Positions 62,200 to 64,000 of a stretch of DNA of 64,000 nucleotides are shown piece after piece. The notes under the pieces are model-generated. The model was not told the DNA's origin. It worked only from the letters and a program-made list of their open reading frames with translations, and did no database searches. The position numbers were made by a program, and so were the translations under genes. Source of the DNA: Mobula hypostoma (taxonomy: Eukaryota); assembly GCF_963921235.1 (NCBI RefSeq), contig NC_086097.1:21516001-21580000 (forward strand), read 5' to 3'. The stretch's first letter is position 1, and each line of letters starts with the position of its first letter.

Positions 62200-63122
62200 A
62201 GGTAGTGGGAGAGTCTAGGGACAGAGAGCACAGCTGCATAATTGAAGCACGTTCCTTTAGAACATAGGTAAGAAGGAATTTTTTTAGCCAGAAGGTAGTG
62301 AATCTGTGGAATTAATTGCCATAGATGGCTGTGGAGGCCAAGTTGTTACAGTATATTTAAAGCAGAAGTTAATACGTACTTAGGCTGTCAAAGACGAGAA
62401 AATCTGCGGATGGCTGGAAATTCAAGCAACGCACACAAAATGCTGGTGGAACGCAGCAGGCCAGGCAGCATCTATAGGAAGAGGTACAGTCGATGTTTCG
62501 GGTCGAGACCCTTCGTCATAACTAACGGAAAAAAGAGATAGTAAGAGATTTGAAAGTGGAGGGGGGAGGGGGAGATCGGAAATGATAGGAGAAGACAGGA
62601 GGGGGAGGGATAAAGCTAAGAGCTGGAAAGTTGATTGGCAAAAGGGATACAAGACTGGAGAAGGGGGAGTATCATGGGACAGAAGGCCTTGGAAGAAAAA
62701 GGGGGAGGGGAGCACCAGAGGAAGATGGAGAACAGGCAAGGAGTTATTGTGAGAGGGAAAGAGAGAGAAAAAAAATTAAAAATTAAGGATGGGGTAAGAA
62801 GGGGAGGAGGGGCATTTCCTCCCCCTCCTGTCTTCTATCATTTTGGATCTCCCCCTCCCCCTCCCCCTTCCACTTTCAAATCTCTTACTATCTCTTCTTT
62901 CATTTAGTCTTGACGAAGGTTCTTGGCCCAAAACGTCGACTGTACTTCATCCTATAGATGCTGCCTGGCCTGCTGCATTCCATCAGCATCTTGTGTGTGA
63001 GGCTGTCAAAGGTTATGGGGAGAATGCGATTGAGAGTTAAAATAAATCAGCTATGATTGAATGGTAGAGCAGACTCGATGGGCTGAATGCCCTCATTCTG
63101 CTCCTAAGTCTTATGGTCTATG
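62200..63122 (+). mobile_element. CR1 3' end split by a PLE insertion
   Basis: CR1 text stops at 62393 and resumes at 63000. Confidence 0.85.
62394..62999. mobile_element. Penelope-like element: inverted terminal segments with 12-bp TSD
   Basis: Minus arm 62394-62814, plus arm 62815-62999; aggctgtcaaag at 62382-62393 and 63000-63011. Confidence 0.88.
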
Positions 63123-63820
63123 AATGATAGTAGAATTGATATTATAAGGGGTCCTGGATTCAAATATTGTCTCTTTATCACCACAATCAGAGACATAGTC
63201 CTTATCACAGTATCATAGATGCAGACTTTGAAGGGATTGGTTCGAAGTTGGGTCTTTCCAACTCAGGCTCAGCACCTGATGTCATTACCTTTTCCTGTTG
63301 ATGTTTTGCATTTATCTGGAGATCCAACTCACAAAATTAGCACTGGAATCATTTGACAAGGTATGACAGCAATATTTAAGAAATATTTGGACTAACTCAC
63401 GAACAGGCAGGAAATAAAGTGTTAGGGATTTTGTGCAGGCAGATAGGGTTAGTTTAAAGTGGCGTCATGGTCAGCACTGACTTTGTGGGCTGAATGGCCC
63501 GTTCCTTTGCTGTACTGTTCAATATTCTGGTTACTATCTTATAAGGTGTGAGCTGTGGAGGACCCCACGATGAACGTGAATGATCATGCATGGACTTGCA
63601 AAAATTGGCTCTTTCAAAGCCAGCCTAAACACAAGCAAAAATTAAAACATTGACTTTCTAAATGACTGTAAGCTTCTGAAGTGTGTAACTGCTTTAAAAT
63701 CTCTGTTTGTTAGGTTTGTTTTGAAGTTTTAGGAACCAGAAACAATTAGTAGTTTACACCAGTAAATGATTAGTGAAAGGTTATCATTGTTTGATGTTCA
63801 CCGAGCTTGGCAATTAGCTT

Positions 63821-63860
63821 GCAGACGTTTCTTCACCAACCAAGGTGACATCCTCAGTGC
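63821..63860 (-). ncRNA. minimal type I hammerhead ribozyme motif of a Penelope-like element end (~63780-64000)
   Basis: GCA-CUGAGGA-U-GUCACC-uugguu-GGUGAA-GAAAC-GUC-UGC: both core boxes, GUC site, ACGU palindrome in place of stem III. Confidence 0.7.
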
Positions 63861-64000
63861 GCAGTGGTTGGTGTTTCTCTCTGGGATTGCTCGTGTTTAT
63901 ATAGGCCCCCCTTCGCTTGCCTCAGTCCTGATTGGCTACGCCTTCAGTTGACTATCAAATCCTATTGGCTCGTGTTTCTTTGACTCATTTATTATACAGC

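Noticed and set aside
1..64000. Intact transposase, retroviral genes, tRNA/rRNA genes or prokaryotic systems
   Set aside because: None seen; tRNA-like boxes belong to SINE heads and all coding remnants are disrupted

Overview
Eukaryotic, repeat-dense window with no host protein-coding exon that I can support. It looks intronic or intergenic. The repeat complement suggests a cartilaginous fish, probably a ray (inference from remembered repeat families): CR1 LINEs, Rex1/Babar-type LINEs, L2, Penelope-like elements (PLEs), V-domain tRNA SINEs, Tc1/mariner and hAT non-autonomous elements, and solo LTRs. Every long ORF is either a broken retroelement ORF or a low-complexity artefact. The most notable signal is at 23.8-24.4 kb: nine ~36-bp tandem copies of the PLE minimal hammerhead-ribozyme motif, between inverted PLE termini and a probable target-site duplication (TSD). 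Other points: a near-intact minimal hammerhead of a second PLE family (~63.84 kb), recurrent fold-back PLE insertions, a 'composite' Tc1-like element bounded by two mini-hairpins (two copies), several three-layer nested insertions with readable TSDs, a 1.7-kb pyrimidine tract with a stepwise unit-length gradient, and a diverged local duplication of otherwise unique sequence. Family names come from recognition by eye, not database searches. Boundaries of old repeats are approximate.
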